From: Octopus vulgaris
Lineage: Eukaryota
Assembly (NCBI GenBank): GCA_951406725.2
Contig: OX597815.1
Span: forward strand, 138,632,001-138,696,000
Length of the DNA: 64,000 nt
Direction: 5' to 3'
This document shows, in pieces, positions 40,296 to 53,498 of the stretch (positions are counted from its first letter, which is position 1; each line of letters begins with the position of its first letter). The notes under the pieces are model-generated. The model was given only the letters and a program-made list of their open reading frames with translations. It did not search any database and was not told where the DNA came from. The position numbers and the translations under genes are program-made.

Positions 40296-41676
40296 GATTC
40301 AGACTTTGGAAAGACAGCATAGACAGTAAACAAATCCCTTTTCTTGACATCTTGATTAAAATAGTTAACAACCACATAGAAACAGATATCTTTTATAAAC
40401 CCACAGGTTCTAAACAATACCTATTATTTAACTCTTGCCACCTCAAACACATAAAAGTTAATTTACCTTTTAATCTAGCGAAAATAATCTGTACCATAGT
40501 TTCGGATGCTTATACTCGTGAAAAAAGACTCCTTTGACTTAGATCAACACTAATTAAAATACATTACCCATTCTCATTAATACATGATTGCATTAAACGA
40601 GCTAAGGAAATAGATATACAAACATTAAGGGAAGTCAGCCGAAATACTAAACCAGACTTAAAAATAATCCCGTACATTTCCACACATAACCCTAGAAATA
40701 TCAAAGCCTTCAACATTATCACCCAAAATCTTCCCATCCTCACAGGAGACAAAACAATGTACTAAATTTTAAGCTCATACAAAATTATAAAAAGCAAAAT
40801 GCAACCGAAGTCATTGAAAAAATATTAATCAGCGCAAGATTATATCTACTAACAACAGAGCCAAAAGTGAACAAAGGTGGTCGTCCTAACTGTGAAACAT
40901 GCCCCCACATTTTGGAGGGATCAGAATTCCACTTCAGACAAGTTGGAATATTTAAAATCAAATCAAAGTTCACCTGCGCCTCGGAAAATCTAATCTATAT
41001 TAGACAAACAGGATTTTCACTCCGTCGAAGAACCACCATCCACAAAGAACAAATCCGCCACCCACAACACAGACAGTTACAAGTTAGTGAACACATAGAA
41101 AGGTGTGCTAGGAATCTTAATACTAATTTCCAAAATTTCCCCTACTATCAATGTTCACAGAACACCTCAATGCAACAAAGATTGAATAAAGATCCAATTT
41201 TCATCAATAAATATCTTCCCCAACTAAATATGAACACATAACATAATACAGAACACTACTAACCCTTCAATTAATACCACTAACCCCCATACATCCTTTA
41301 CACCATTCACATTACAATTCTATATCTAACCTAACTGCACAAAATCCAGAACTGCTTACCTCCCTTACAAATAATCTTTTTACTCGGGAACTATTAGACC
41401 TGACACCGTTCATTAACCGGTGTTCATTCAAAGCAATGAATAGTCTAACGAAACCGCGGTATGCTGTTTGAATCTCTTCAATAATCTCATAATAATGACT
41501 TTTGTGACTTTTATTACTTTTATTACTTCCTCAGTTCATCTAATTGTATATATCTGTCGTTCCCTTTTATAAAAAGCCTTTTCTTTATTTATTTACAATG
41601 TGCAGTTTCGTTGATTTTCTTAATTTACACTTACATATCCACGCGTAGTTTCTATTCTCTTTTTGTAACATATTTC

Positions 41677-41680
<4 letters not shown>
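40296..41680 (+). mobile_element. Decayed 5'-truncated Neptune/Poseidon-type PLE (RT thumb, GIY-YIG, 3' terminal region)
   Basis: IPFLDILI..TDIFYKPT..QYLLFNSCH..IKVNLPF; GRPNCETCPHI..FTCASENLIY..QTG..LRRR..H..VSEH..C; flanked by (TA)n; HHR relic at 41426-41473. Confidence 0.85.
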
Positions 41681-41734
<54 letters not shown>

Positions 41735-41879
41735 CCACATACACACCCATACATACATGCAAGATCTTTTACAGTCTCAGAATAGGAGAAAGAATGAAAA
41801 GTAAAATAACAGTAGGCGTTGGTGAGGAGCAATTCATATATAGGGCTAACAGAAGTACAAGAGATGACATACACTGCTC

Positions 41880-42700
41880 CAACATTCTAGCACAAATGCA
41901 AAGGGAAGTATAAAACGGTCAAGTTGCTAGCTTCATAGTTTAAGATAAGGCGTTTGACCACGAACATTACAGAGGGATCAACACCTCTTTAGAAAAAGAT
42001 GCCTTAGAAATAAAGAGTATTATAGTTATTGGTTATACTAGAGACAAAATTCAGCCATCAAAATAGATCAGGAATTGTCGGAACCACTTAATGGTACGAA
42101 CGTAAACAATATATTCTTATGAACACCGTTATTGTTAGACAACAATGAGAAATTAGATGAAAATGCTGATATTGTAAAAGACCAGAAAGGCCTAATATGA
42201 ATGTAAAAAAGTAATAAGGACCACATATGGATATAAAAAAGACAAAGGCACTAGTTAGTAGTAAGGAAGAACGAAAGGAAACAAATATAGAGGTAGACAG
42301 AGGCAGCTTTAAGAAATGAAAAAATCTTGGACAAATAATAAACCAGTAAAGTCGCTATGTAGAAGTTATTCAAAGAATAAATAAAGCTAAATTCACATTT
42401 AAAGAAGTTAAAAAGAACTCGCCTGAATTGACATAATGCTGCATCCAAAACTGTGGTTAGTAAACTTAACAATATGCTAATTGTCTTGTATGGTGCAGAA
42501 TCTGTGAAATTGATCACACGTATGGAGTAAGGGACAGAAACATTTGAGATGCAGATCGTTCATAAATGGGTCACGAAAAGTTGGAAAGACAAGGTAACAA
42601 ATGATGCAGTACGAGTAAAGCTGATAGGTCAAAGATAGCTATTGTCGAGAGACAAGTCCCCAAAGCTACCATATATTGAACCTATATATTCCATGTGTCG
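41880..42700 (+). pseudogene. Decayed RTE-clade LINE fragment
   Basis: Remnants DKAFD, VLYGAES, FEM and SWKDKVTNDAV. Confidence 0.6.
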
Positions 42701-44399
42701 GGTGGAAAAGAAGAAAAGACTGACGAAGAAGTTTCTGGATTGAAGGCATCAAAGAATGGACTGGAAACAAGATATTGGCTGTTTGCATACATGCAACACA
42801 ACACGGAGTTGATTGGAAAGCCTCTGTTGGCCGCAAACCTAGATACAGCAAAGAACGGCCGGCTAATGATACACGTGCGCACACACTCACACACACATAC
42901 ACCCCCCACACACCACGCACATAAATTTATTTTTCATCTATGTAATGACACATGTGCTTTTCTTGGATTATTCTTTACCTCCTTTTCAGACTTGCCCTTT
43001 TCCCTCTTCCTCATTCTGACAAGGACCTTTGCTCTTAAAATTTTTTCTGACCATCAATCGCATACATTCACTGTGTATGTCATTTGAGCTTTGTTTGTTT
43101 TCCTGTTTGTGTCTATATTGTTGATTTTCCAACACACATACATGCATACATACATACATACATACATACATACATACATACATACATACATACACACATA
43201 CATACATACATACACATATACATACATACATACATACATACATACATACATACATACATACATACATACATACAAATATACTTTGTTGATGTTGTAATTC
43301 CAACGAAGAAGCCTTGGATCTAGGTTAGAAACTGGCCCTTTCGCTATTGGCAAGAAATCTTGAAATAAAACTGAATAATGACCTACAGACATACATACAT
43401 AGACATTACACACACATACACATACACAAAGTCACCCGAACATATATATATATAAGCAAGTTGTTTTCTCACTCTCTAGTATATAATTCAAAGAAATTGG
43501 CATGCTGATTAATTTTGTACACGAAATATGTTATCATTGTTTCTCTAATTATTTGTAAAAATGAATTAATTTGATATTATACATTATGATTTATTTGTCT
43601 CTGCTTTCTATTTCTTGTTACAGACAGCGTTAGTTTCTTTATGTTTGAATTTCTTCCAAAATATGTGCATTATTTTAGGTTACCTTGCCGCCTCTTTTCT
43701 TCCCTTTTATGTTATTTCTCTATTGTATTTTCAGAAATCACATTAAGATTTGGCTTCAATTTAAAGAACAATTATACTCTCGGTTTGTTTCTTTGAAATA
43801 TCGTCTACTACTAATACATTTGAAGCATACTAATGATCTAATCAGTCCAGCCGATCTGCAGCCGTACATATGTAACTGAATATTGAATGAGGTAGAACAA
43901 ATATCCTAAACAAATTTTCTGTACGCTAGAGAATTGTCATTGTTTTCAAAATAGAAATTTTTAATAGAAATACTTTTCTACAATAAAGACTAACAAAATA
44001 TCTAAAATGTTTATTGGTAAGAGATACATGAGTTATTGATAATAACAAAGAATCGAGAAAAAACACCACATTTTTCTATTTAACAAATTTTTAGGTGGAG
44101 AGTAGCCGGATGTTACTGAACGAAAGTCATAAATAATAGTATGTCTCCAGCTGTAGAAATATAAAAGTAAACCTGTTGTAATATATTTCCTTGCAATGTT
44201 TGCACTGTTTTTTTTAAATTATACATTTTCAAAAATCCCTGAATAAAAAGCTTGCGTTAACGATATTCAAACAAAATTTTTAAAATTCATTATTCGAGAA
44301 AGTTTACTTTAATGCCATAGAAATTAAAGTATTTATATTTCTACTACATCACCAGTATACAGAAGAGAATTTAAGAAAACATTGACTTAATATTCGTCT

Positions 44400-44840
44400 C
44401 AAATTCTGGCACAAGGCTAACAATTTCGTGGGAGGGGTAATGTGATTACATCGACCCAATTGCTTGACTGCTATTTATTTTATCGACCTCGATAGGGCAA
44501 ACGGCAAAAATCGACCTCAGCAGAATTTGAACTTAGATCATAAAGAGGACAAAATGTCACTAAGCATTTTGTCCGGCATGCTAACGATTCTGCCCGCTCG
44601 CCGCCTTAACCTAGGAACTAATACTGATTTCAAATTTTGTCGCATGGCCATCAAGTACGGGGGAGTGGGTAAGTCGATTACATCGGCCAGTGCTCAAATG
44701 GCACTTACTTTATCGACCTGGAAAGGATGAAAGTCAAAAAGTCGAACTTGTCGGTATTTGAACTCAGAACTTAAAGACTGACGAAAAACTGCTAAGCATT
44801 TTGCTCAGCGTGCTCACGATTCTGTCAGCTCGCTGCCTTA
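44400..44840 (-). mobile_element. Two head-to-tail SINE family A copies
   Basis: Units ~44400-44607 and ~44625-44838, each ending in ctcgc(c/t)gcctta. Confidence 0.75.
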
Positions 44841-45954
44841 AACTCGAATTAATATTGACAGTACATATTAATCGACCGTTTTATTGCGTAAAACGGTTGA
44901 TATATCTTTTACCTATCTAGGGTTGCGAAATTAAGACTCACAATATACTCGAGTTGATTCAATTGTTAATAACCTATTTGTATAAATATGTGGTCTGCTA
45001 TCAATGGGGAAGAAAATCAATATTTAATATCTATAGAATATTTCGTCATTATCAGTGTCCCATTGTGTCACATAAAACACCGTTTTTCATAGAGAATATG
45101 AAATTTCGTTGTTGTAGATATACCCAGATAGATATCGATCATTAAAATCCCTATTCTAGAGTTGCATCACCAATAAAGTTCAAGAGTCACAATAGTTGAA
45201 TTGTGCAAATATATGAAGAGAAGAAAGAAGAAATATGTCAAGAACTTGTTATTCAATATCAACATTAAATAGAATTGTTCAGTGTGACATCTTGTCACCT
45301 TTAAAAAGCATGATTCATTGTATTCTGACACGATACGTATTCTCTGAGATTTCCAAATCCTGACATGGTTTTGAAAATAGATATAGCTCATATTTCATGT
45401 CAAATCATCCACTGAAGTTTATATTCCATGGAGATTCATCTGCTTTCATCCCTTTTAGTTACAAACATCTAAGAAATCCCTAAGCACCACACTGGCAAAA
45501 TCAAAACTACAATGAATTCTAACATCTTTTCATGTGCATTTTTATTGACGACTCTTATTATGGGTTATGGCAGTGGCTGTTAAATTGGGAATGTGACAAA
45601 GAAAAATACCTCTTAGAAGTTTACGTTACGTGTTCAAGTCTCGCCGGGGTGTAATATTCTTTCCACCTTTAGAGCAAAATGAAATACAGTTCAAGTCACA
45701 CGCTGCGTCTCGATATTGTTCCCACCGCAGAAGACAGAGTTCTTGTCCCAACGTGAAGGTACCTTCTATTATTATCGTATTATTAGCGCACTAACTAGTG
45801 CATTATGGAATTCCAAACCAGAGTAAATATTTGTCTACAAACATTACATATTGCAGTGCGTTTACACCACACAAATGTGCTTTTATCTGAAAACCACAAA
45901 TATTCTACATATTTGGCAATTATTCTCAGGATCTTGTTGTTTCAATAATGTAAA

Positions 45955-46150
45955 AGACGGCGAGCTGGCAGAATCGTTAGTACGATGGACGAAATGCTTA
46001 GCGGTGTTTTGCTCGTCGCTACGTTCTGAGTTCAAATTTCGCCGAGGTGAATTTTACCGTCTATCTTTTCGGGGTCTATAAATTAAATACTAGTGACGTC
46101 AATGTAATCGACTAGTCCCATCCCTCAGAATTTTAAGCTTTGTGCCTTTA
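45955..46150 (+). mobile_element. SINE family A
   Basis: gacggcgagctggcagaatcgttag...gttctgagttcaaat. Confidence 0.8.
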
Positions 46151-48687
46151 ATTGAAAAATTATTTTAATGGTGTGAATTGGTATGTATATTTGGAGATAG
46201 CTTTTTAGAGGCCCCTGTATTAGTGCATATCTTTAGGATTTCCTCCTCGTCTTTCTGTATACATCAATATATTCTGTTTTTGATGTCATATTAAGTTTAA
46301 TATTCTTTCTATACACTAGAAACATGCTGCTGGGCACTCCCGTTGATAATACATGTTATAGAATGCTTCGCTTGACTGAGTAGAGAAATGCACGAAATAA
46401 TATGAAATCTAAGTTTGGGACCAAATATAATCTCCTTCGTCTAAGATATTCAATAAAAACTCATCATGGAAATATTCCATTCTCATTAATACAATATGAA
46501 TTCTATTATCTACGAGTGCATGTGAGTAAAATTTATGTAAAATACTAGAAATACTCAAGCACTTGCGTTAGAGGTACAAATTTAGAGCAAAGTAGATTGG
46601 AATCTGTTAATATAGAAGTATATTTATTATTAATGTAACCAACAAAATTTTGAAGCTCCCCAGTTTCTGTAAATGCAGATATAAACTTAACTTCTATAAA
46701 TCTGCCAATCATATCTAGTTTCTATCAATTGAATTCGAATCAATAATAACAAGAAAACATGCTGTTGTAGAGTAAAAGCTGTTGTTAAAATAAAATAAAA
46801 GTAATGGCTGAATAATACAGAATCCTAATATATATAATAGAATGCCTTCAAATCAATATAGTTTGTGTTTTAATGGTTTCTGATTGTGTTAAGAGATACG
46901 TAGAATTATTATGGATCGATGTGGTTCTAAACCTATCTGGCGTACCGAATTAAAAAAAAATAATATTGCTTTATCTTGATCACACACGCAATTGAAACTA
47001 TGAATAAGCCATTGTTTTCACATTTTGGCATTTCCTTATTTTATTCGAACAGTTGTCCCATTAATTTATAACACGAGAAAAAAAAGACCAGTTTCAATGT
47101 ATAGTGTATGAACTTAAATACCATATACATTAACGGCTTCGAATCATACAATTTATTTTTGTAGAGTTCAGGTATTATCATACAGTCACCGGATTCTCGA
47201 TGTTACAACTATAGTCCAGACATATTTTGTTACACATGTGCTGTTTTTGTTGGTAAAATCAAAGCAAAGATACAATACACTTTGTTGTTAGAGTTTATCG
47301 TGATTATATCAGAATAAATCTGAAATGGGGATCATAGTAAAAAGCGAGTTTAGCTTTTGAGATTTAACATTATATCTTCTCAAATGTTCAATGAGGAAAG
47401 TATTCAGAACAGAAATATGATTCTGCCTTTCTTGTCAACTTGACTATTCTAATTCAGATCCAATATCAGGCAACGGCGTTGTTTACGAAGCGAGCGAACA
47501 GAAACTAACCCAAGCTGAACTGAACACTTCAGCTATGGATGTAAGTCTATCCGAGAATTCCATAGAGCTTCTAAGTGATCTCTATAAGAGAACAAATAAT
47601 TGGTATTCGGTATAACCTTGGTTTGGTAAAGAAAGTGCAAGAAAGTTATTGAATCATACTTTGCAAAAGAGTATGTCTGAATATTTTGAAAAGACATTTC
47701 AGGATTGGTGTGTGCAAGCCAGGCATCGAAAACCGAACAAATAACTGAAGGTCGCTTATTGATTTTTCTATGTCGTGAAGGAGTGTTACTTGTTGAAAAG
47801 AAACTTATAATTTTAAAAAAAAATCTGCTAAAAATAAATATAGAGATTTGATTGTCACTTGCCTAGCAATCAGAGCAGACCGAAAAGCTTTATATGTTAT
47901 GAGAATACAATTGGGTCTCAGAAAGAATCCTGATTCGAAGGACATTTTATATGACCAACTAAGTAGAATCAAAATGTTTATACTATCATTGCATATCATA
48001 TTGATTTGCTAAAGTGATATGTAAAAGCAGCGAACATTGATGATATGGGTTTCATTTATTTACATAACAGGTATCCACTAGGAGATAAAGGGGAGTGTTT
48101 CTTTATAGGGCTGTGATAAGAAGATTACGGTTAGATGAATATCTCACAAATTTCAAAAGTAAAAAAAAAATGTTTAATAGAAACAAAGTGTAGGGTTTCA
48201 TTTTGGGGATAGTATGAAATTCTTGTGAGAAATTTTTCAGTGTCTTGCGATATATTACGAAAGGGAATGTTGACTCCTTATTTTCACATACACACCAATC
48301 CTTCGACAATTTATTGTAAAAATAAAAGGAGAAAATTTCTTCCACAATATATCAAAATTACGGATATACGATACTGTAGCCTATGTCACTATTACAAGAG
48401 GAAAATAATTCTAGTGTTTGTTATGAGATCTGCCTAATGTACAAGGTAAGAACTCATTTCCCAAGAATGGATTTGTATTAATGTATAGATAACTTCATTT
48501 TCCCAATATCAATCCTTAAGTTGTGAGGTATACTTGCCATCTCAATATGGCTAACCACTAAGGGTGGGTGTTACTGTAGCTTGTAGACCCAGGAGAACAT
48601 CGTCTCCAGCTGGCTTTAGGCACACTTTCTGTGCCCTTATGGTATTTGCAAAGGGAAGTCATCCTTCCCTCGTCAACCTAAGTGATA

Positions 48688-48732
48688 CGCACGGACTGCA
48701 GTTTCTAGGTATTAACCTGTCCTCAGCGTACG
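48688..48732 (-). ncRNA. Minimal type-I hammerhead ribozyme
   Basis: CGUACG-CUGAGGA-C-AGGU(uaau)ACCU-A-GAAA-CUGCAG-UC-CGUGCG: 6-bp stem I, canonical core, palindromic stem III ACUGCAGU, GUC triplet. Confidence 0.88.
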
Positions 48733-48917
48733 ACTAACACCGGTTTTCGATTAATTCTTTATTACGATTATAAAATCAGTACATAGAAGAACAATACAGG
48801 ACATACATACAAAAATAGTTAAGTGGTTCGTTTAAAAATTTAAATTGTCCTTTGCATTGACTAATATAACATTACATTAGATTGAAATCTTACCGATATA
48901 TTTTAAACCCCGGCAAC

Positions 48918-51900
48918 CTATAAGGCCCCGCAGCTTTCCTTTCCTCTTCTCCATGCATAGTTAAACTGGGTTTCTGACACCCACCTTTTTCGCCACTTCC
49001 TTCCATCTTTTTCATACACATCTCGTGGTAAGGTCTTCTTTTCCAGCCCCATTTTGCTCTTCAGATGATATCTGAAGTAAGTGAGCAAGCCGGGGCCTGA
49101 GACAAAGGATCCTATTGCGACTCCTTCCATTCTTGTACGCCACATGCATTCTTTTACTACTGAAACCGTGCAGTGAAAGCATGCCTCACCTTCCTTCGAG
49201 AGTCCAGTTGGCGGTATCATCTTAATCATAGGCTCAGCCGACAGCTGTACTCATCCCAGATGCGATAACACGTGTTCTGCGTAACTTATCAAGTCTGACA
49301 ACTGCCGACAGTGTACAAAAGCATGCTGGACGGTTTCATCGTCCAACCCGCATCTTGGACATGTCGGTGTTACTGAAATTCCGTGCCGCGATAACTTCTC
49401 GCGAACAGGTAAAGCATTCCTATAACACTGCCAGGCCAGGGATCTTTGGAAATTATCCAAATACCCCGTCCTGAAAGTCTTTTTAAACAGGTTGGTAAGC
49501 TGGTCCTCATCGAACCCCAGAGCCCCTCCTAGGACGTCGTCGTTCTTTGCCTCTACCAGCCTGCTATAAAAATACCGAGGTGGTATTTCCGCAGCCGGCC
49601 TTGCCCGCCTTGTGGATCAGCGTGAGTGCCTGTCGGCACTCATTTTGCCATAAAGTCAGATTCCGTCTTTTGATGCAACCGGGTTTAAAATTCACTAAAG
49701 AAGCCGGTCTCGGGAAAAATTCCCCTGCCAGCGGACTCCACACCTTATCACCCTCCAGGTGGTGCCAGAGATGCTTCAGCCTCAACGCATGTCTGCGCAT
49801 CATCAACCAAGGCATTCCTAACCCACCCTTTAACGGTTCCTGGCAGCAAACGGAGCGCCTCACAAGTGGCTTTCCTCCCTTCCACAAAAAGCGGAAAAGG
49901 ATTCGCTCCAACTTGCTAAGCCATGAATTGGGGCAAGGGACAACGGTCAGGCGGTAAGTGATTACAGATGCAATGAACATCTGTACCACCTCTGCTCTTC
50001 CTTTCAAGGACAGAAACCTTCCGGACCAGGTCCGTACTATGGCCTCCATCTTGTCCGTCACCTCACTCCAATTCCTCTCTGTTTGGGAGTCTGGCCCAAA
50101 CCAGACTCCTAGCAACTTAACAGGACCATCTGTCCAGTGTCCCACGGCACTGGACGATATCAACTTGCTCCTCCAGGAGCCGAGGCGTAAGCCAATCGAC
50201 TTGTCCTTGTTAACTTTTGCTACTGCCACCACCTTGTATCCTCTGATAGCATCTTCTACACAAGGTAGCTGAGCCTCATTGGACACGATGAGGATGACGT
50301 CATCCGCATAAGCAGAAACCGTCCTCCCGCCTCCGATCTGATCCGGGTTACTTCCCAGCCTCTCCAACTTTCGCAGCAATGGCTCGAAAGCCAACACGTA
50401 CAAAAGTATGCTTTCCCTACAAGTTTCTCCACGACAGTCGTCAACCTTTTTGCCAACACCTTGGCCAAAATCTTTAACTCTACATTAAGTAGAGTTATGG
50501 GCCTGTAATTACTAATGTTATCCCCCTTGCTCGGGTCTTTCTGGATTAGCGTCACCACTCCCCGGCTTACAGAACTGGGAATTCTCCCGTTCTGCTGCCA
50601 GTTCGCGTAGACGCCTGCCAGTATTCCCCCGAACAAGTCCGGCATACTTTGATAAAATTCGTAGGGCAGACCATCCAACCCCGGCGACTTCTCCCCGGCG
50701 CATCCGGTCAGTACCCCCTCTATCTCAGCGGGAGTGATCGCTCCTTCACAGCACTCCACCTCACGCCCCGAGAGCCGCGGTCCGCCGGCTAGGAAGTCCT
50801 TTAAGGCCCTCCCCCGCTGCAGCGACCCCCCCCCCGAACGCGCGGGCGAAATGCTGGTGAAGAAACTTTTGCATCTCCTCCTGTCCATAGATCTTGTGTC
50901 CCTGTTCGTCAGTTAAAGACTTGATTGAAGCTTTGTTACCTCTCTGACTCTCCACTCGACGGGCCCATCCGGCAACGTTAATACCTTCTCGTTTCCCTGC
51001 GCGTAGCTTAGCTTTAACTCTGCAACCTTCGTGTTTGGAGTTAAGGTGACGGTACAATACCGTCCTTGCCGCCATCACTCCGGATGCAGAGCCAGATTCC
51101 ATTGCCTCGTTTAGATTCTTAACTAAATCGTCCTCTATCCTAGACCTATCTAACCTTAGCTGATTGCTAAATCTAATGGACTCTGAACGAATGGCTCTTT
51201 TGATGGAGTGCCACCATCTATTGTTAATGATGGTGCCACATAATGCCCTCTGTACTAACACCTTAATCCGGGTACGGAAGTCTTCAGAATTCAAAATAGA
51301 CTTGTTCAGCTTCCAGTACCCGGGTCCCTGTCTATGGCACTTATCTAATTGCACCCTACAAGTCACGAATTTGTGATCCGTGTAAGGCACAATGTGAAAC
51401 TGTGGACAACTAAACGTATCTTTATATCTTTTCCTAACGAATATCCTATCTATATACGATCTGCGTGAGCCGTCGTTGTTACTCCAAGTCCACTGTGGAA
51501 CGCTCGGCTCATCCAGTCGATAACGGTCTACTAGATTAAAGCTCTATAGTAGACCCTTGAGGCTAGGGTTCCCCTTCCTATTGGTTGGGCCAACACTGTC
51601 GACCCGCGCTTCGAGGACAGTGTTAAAGTCCCCTACTAAGACTACCGTTTTCGACGTGAGTAAAAAGTGCTCCAGATTCCGAAAAAAACCCGACTGCCTA
51701 CATTCATTCGGAGCGTAGACAGCTACCAACCTGAATGACTGTTTACTAACGTGGGTCACATCCAGAACGACCAGCCTGCCTTCTGGGTCCAGAAAGACAG
51801 TACTTACCTGCAAGTCCAAGCTCTTCCTGATAAGGACTGCCACGCCCCTTCCTCCTCCTCGGCTAGGAGAAATAAATTTCTCGAAACCATTTAGAAGAGG

Positions 51901-52041
51901 CGAGAACGCTTGGGACCCGTTCATCTTGGACTCGGTTACAATAGCTACGTCCACTCCGTGTGTCGTGAGGTCGTTCAGGAGACAAATTTGTTTCCATTTC
52001 GACCCCATTCCACGCACATTCACACAACCCAGCTTTGCCAT
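48918..52041 (-). pseudogene. LINE ORF2 (AP endonuclease, reverse transcriptase, C-terminal Zn finger), disrupted
   Basis: NVRG, TES, GDFN, SYIDRIF, TDH (APE); WKLN; KSPGLDG, YRPITLLN, YVLAFEPL, YADD (RT); CPRC..ETVQHAFVHC. Has stops/frameshifts and an internal RT deletion near 50405-50412. Confidence 0.92.
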
Positions 52042-52087
52042 TGTCGGAGAGAGAGAAAAAAAACTTACGGTTGGGACAAGGAGCATG

Positions 52088-53498
52088 ACAGTTTAAATCT
52101 GCATGCTTCCCCTTCTTCCTGCCTTGTGGTCGTAGCTGCAGAGCTCTTAACCGGCGTTGCCATCGGGCTCTGGGTAGGTGTGGTTGCCGGGGTTATAGTT
52201 AGTTTGCCCTCCAGTATTTCGTTAGTTACGTCTCTGATAAGGTTATTTTTAAAATGTTCTTGGAGTGTTTTTTCCTACCACTCGTCTTCCTTTATTTTTG
52301 CAAAACGAGTTGTCGACTTAGTGTCTGCAGACTTACTGAATAATTTCAGTTTTGAAAATTTAAAATACTTAAACACTCTATCGTTCCTCTCGTCGAATGC
52401 TACAATCTTTTCATTTTTTTAATCAATTTTTTCCAATCTTGTTTGATGGGGAGGGGCTTGGCGAACTGTGTTCCAATGAATACAGTGCCGTGGGGGTAGG
52501 GCTGGGGAATTTGTTTTGTATGTATCTCTGCGGTGTTTGCTGATTTTTTCTTTGTTTGGGGAGGGGAGTCCAGGGTATTTTCTTTTTTCTTTTGTGTGTC
52601 ACCTGTGTAAATTCCATTTGTTCATTTTTATCTTCCGTTTCGATTCCCTTCCTTGTCGCAGTCTTGGGGTCTTTTTCGCCTTTTCTTTTTCTGTATTTGA
52701 AGCACTTTGAGGAGGGGCTTCGCTGTTTTTCTTTTTTTTTATGCAGTTCGAGCGGACGTGACCCTTTACACCTCATTTGAAACACCTAGGTCTGCGCCCC
52801 TCCACTGACACTCTCATTGTAATTCCCTCCTCAATAAATACCCTATCAGGTAAGTTTTCTAGCACATTATTTTCTGCTTAAACGAGGAGTTCGAGCGCTT
52901 GTCCCTTCCAGTTTACCTCCTCTTTCCTTTTCATCTGCAGAATTGAGACTTTCTGCTCTACGTCGTGCAGAACCGCCGCTGCTACCCACATTATATCATA
53001 TCCTCTTGGTATGTCTTCCACATATAGTTTCGCAGTTCTTTTGCCCATATAGGTAGGTAGTAACATGATGTCCTCACTTTTTAAGGTCATCAATGAAATC
53101 TCTCTTGCCACATCAGCCGAGTCGAAATATGCTTCAACGGTAGCGCTGCGGGTACCTCGACCGACGTAGCGAATTTTGCTCCACACCGGGGACAAGCACT
53201 TCCCTACTATTTCGTTCTTCACGTCCATTATTTTCTTCTCTTTGTTACTGTAAACCTTGTACACGACTGTCTTGGCCTTTATTTCCTGTAATATCGCTTG
53301 CGGCGGTACCAGTTTTATTTCGTTGCCTTCCTTTTTGACCAAGTTCCGGTATTCGAACAACTGTTCTATTTTGAATTCCACTTCCGTTACGGTTCCGCCC
53401 ACTGCGGCCGAAAAAGACTGTTTTCTAACCTCGATATCCTTCTGTTCGCCTTTTCCCATCACGGGAAAGTCGCTCCTCGACGCCAAGTCGAACTCCAT
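52088..53498 (-). pseudogene. LINE ORF1 (gag-like, CCHC zinc knuckle), disrupted
   Basis: The 206-aa ORF continues past the TAA at 52878 into VEGRRPRCFK*GVKGHVRSNC (CX2CX4HX4C with one Cys mutated to TGA) and a Lys/Pro-rich tail. The 3' boundary is approximate. Confidence 0.8.

Noticed and set aside
52776-52778. TGA at a zinc-knuckle Cys as selenocysteine
   Set aside because: The element has other stops and frameshifts and I see no SECIS; a point mutation is simpler.
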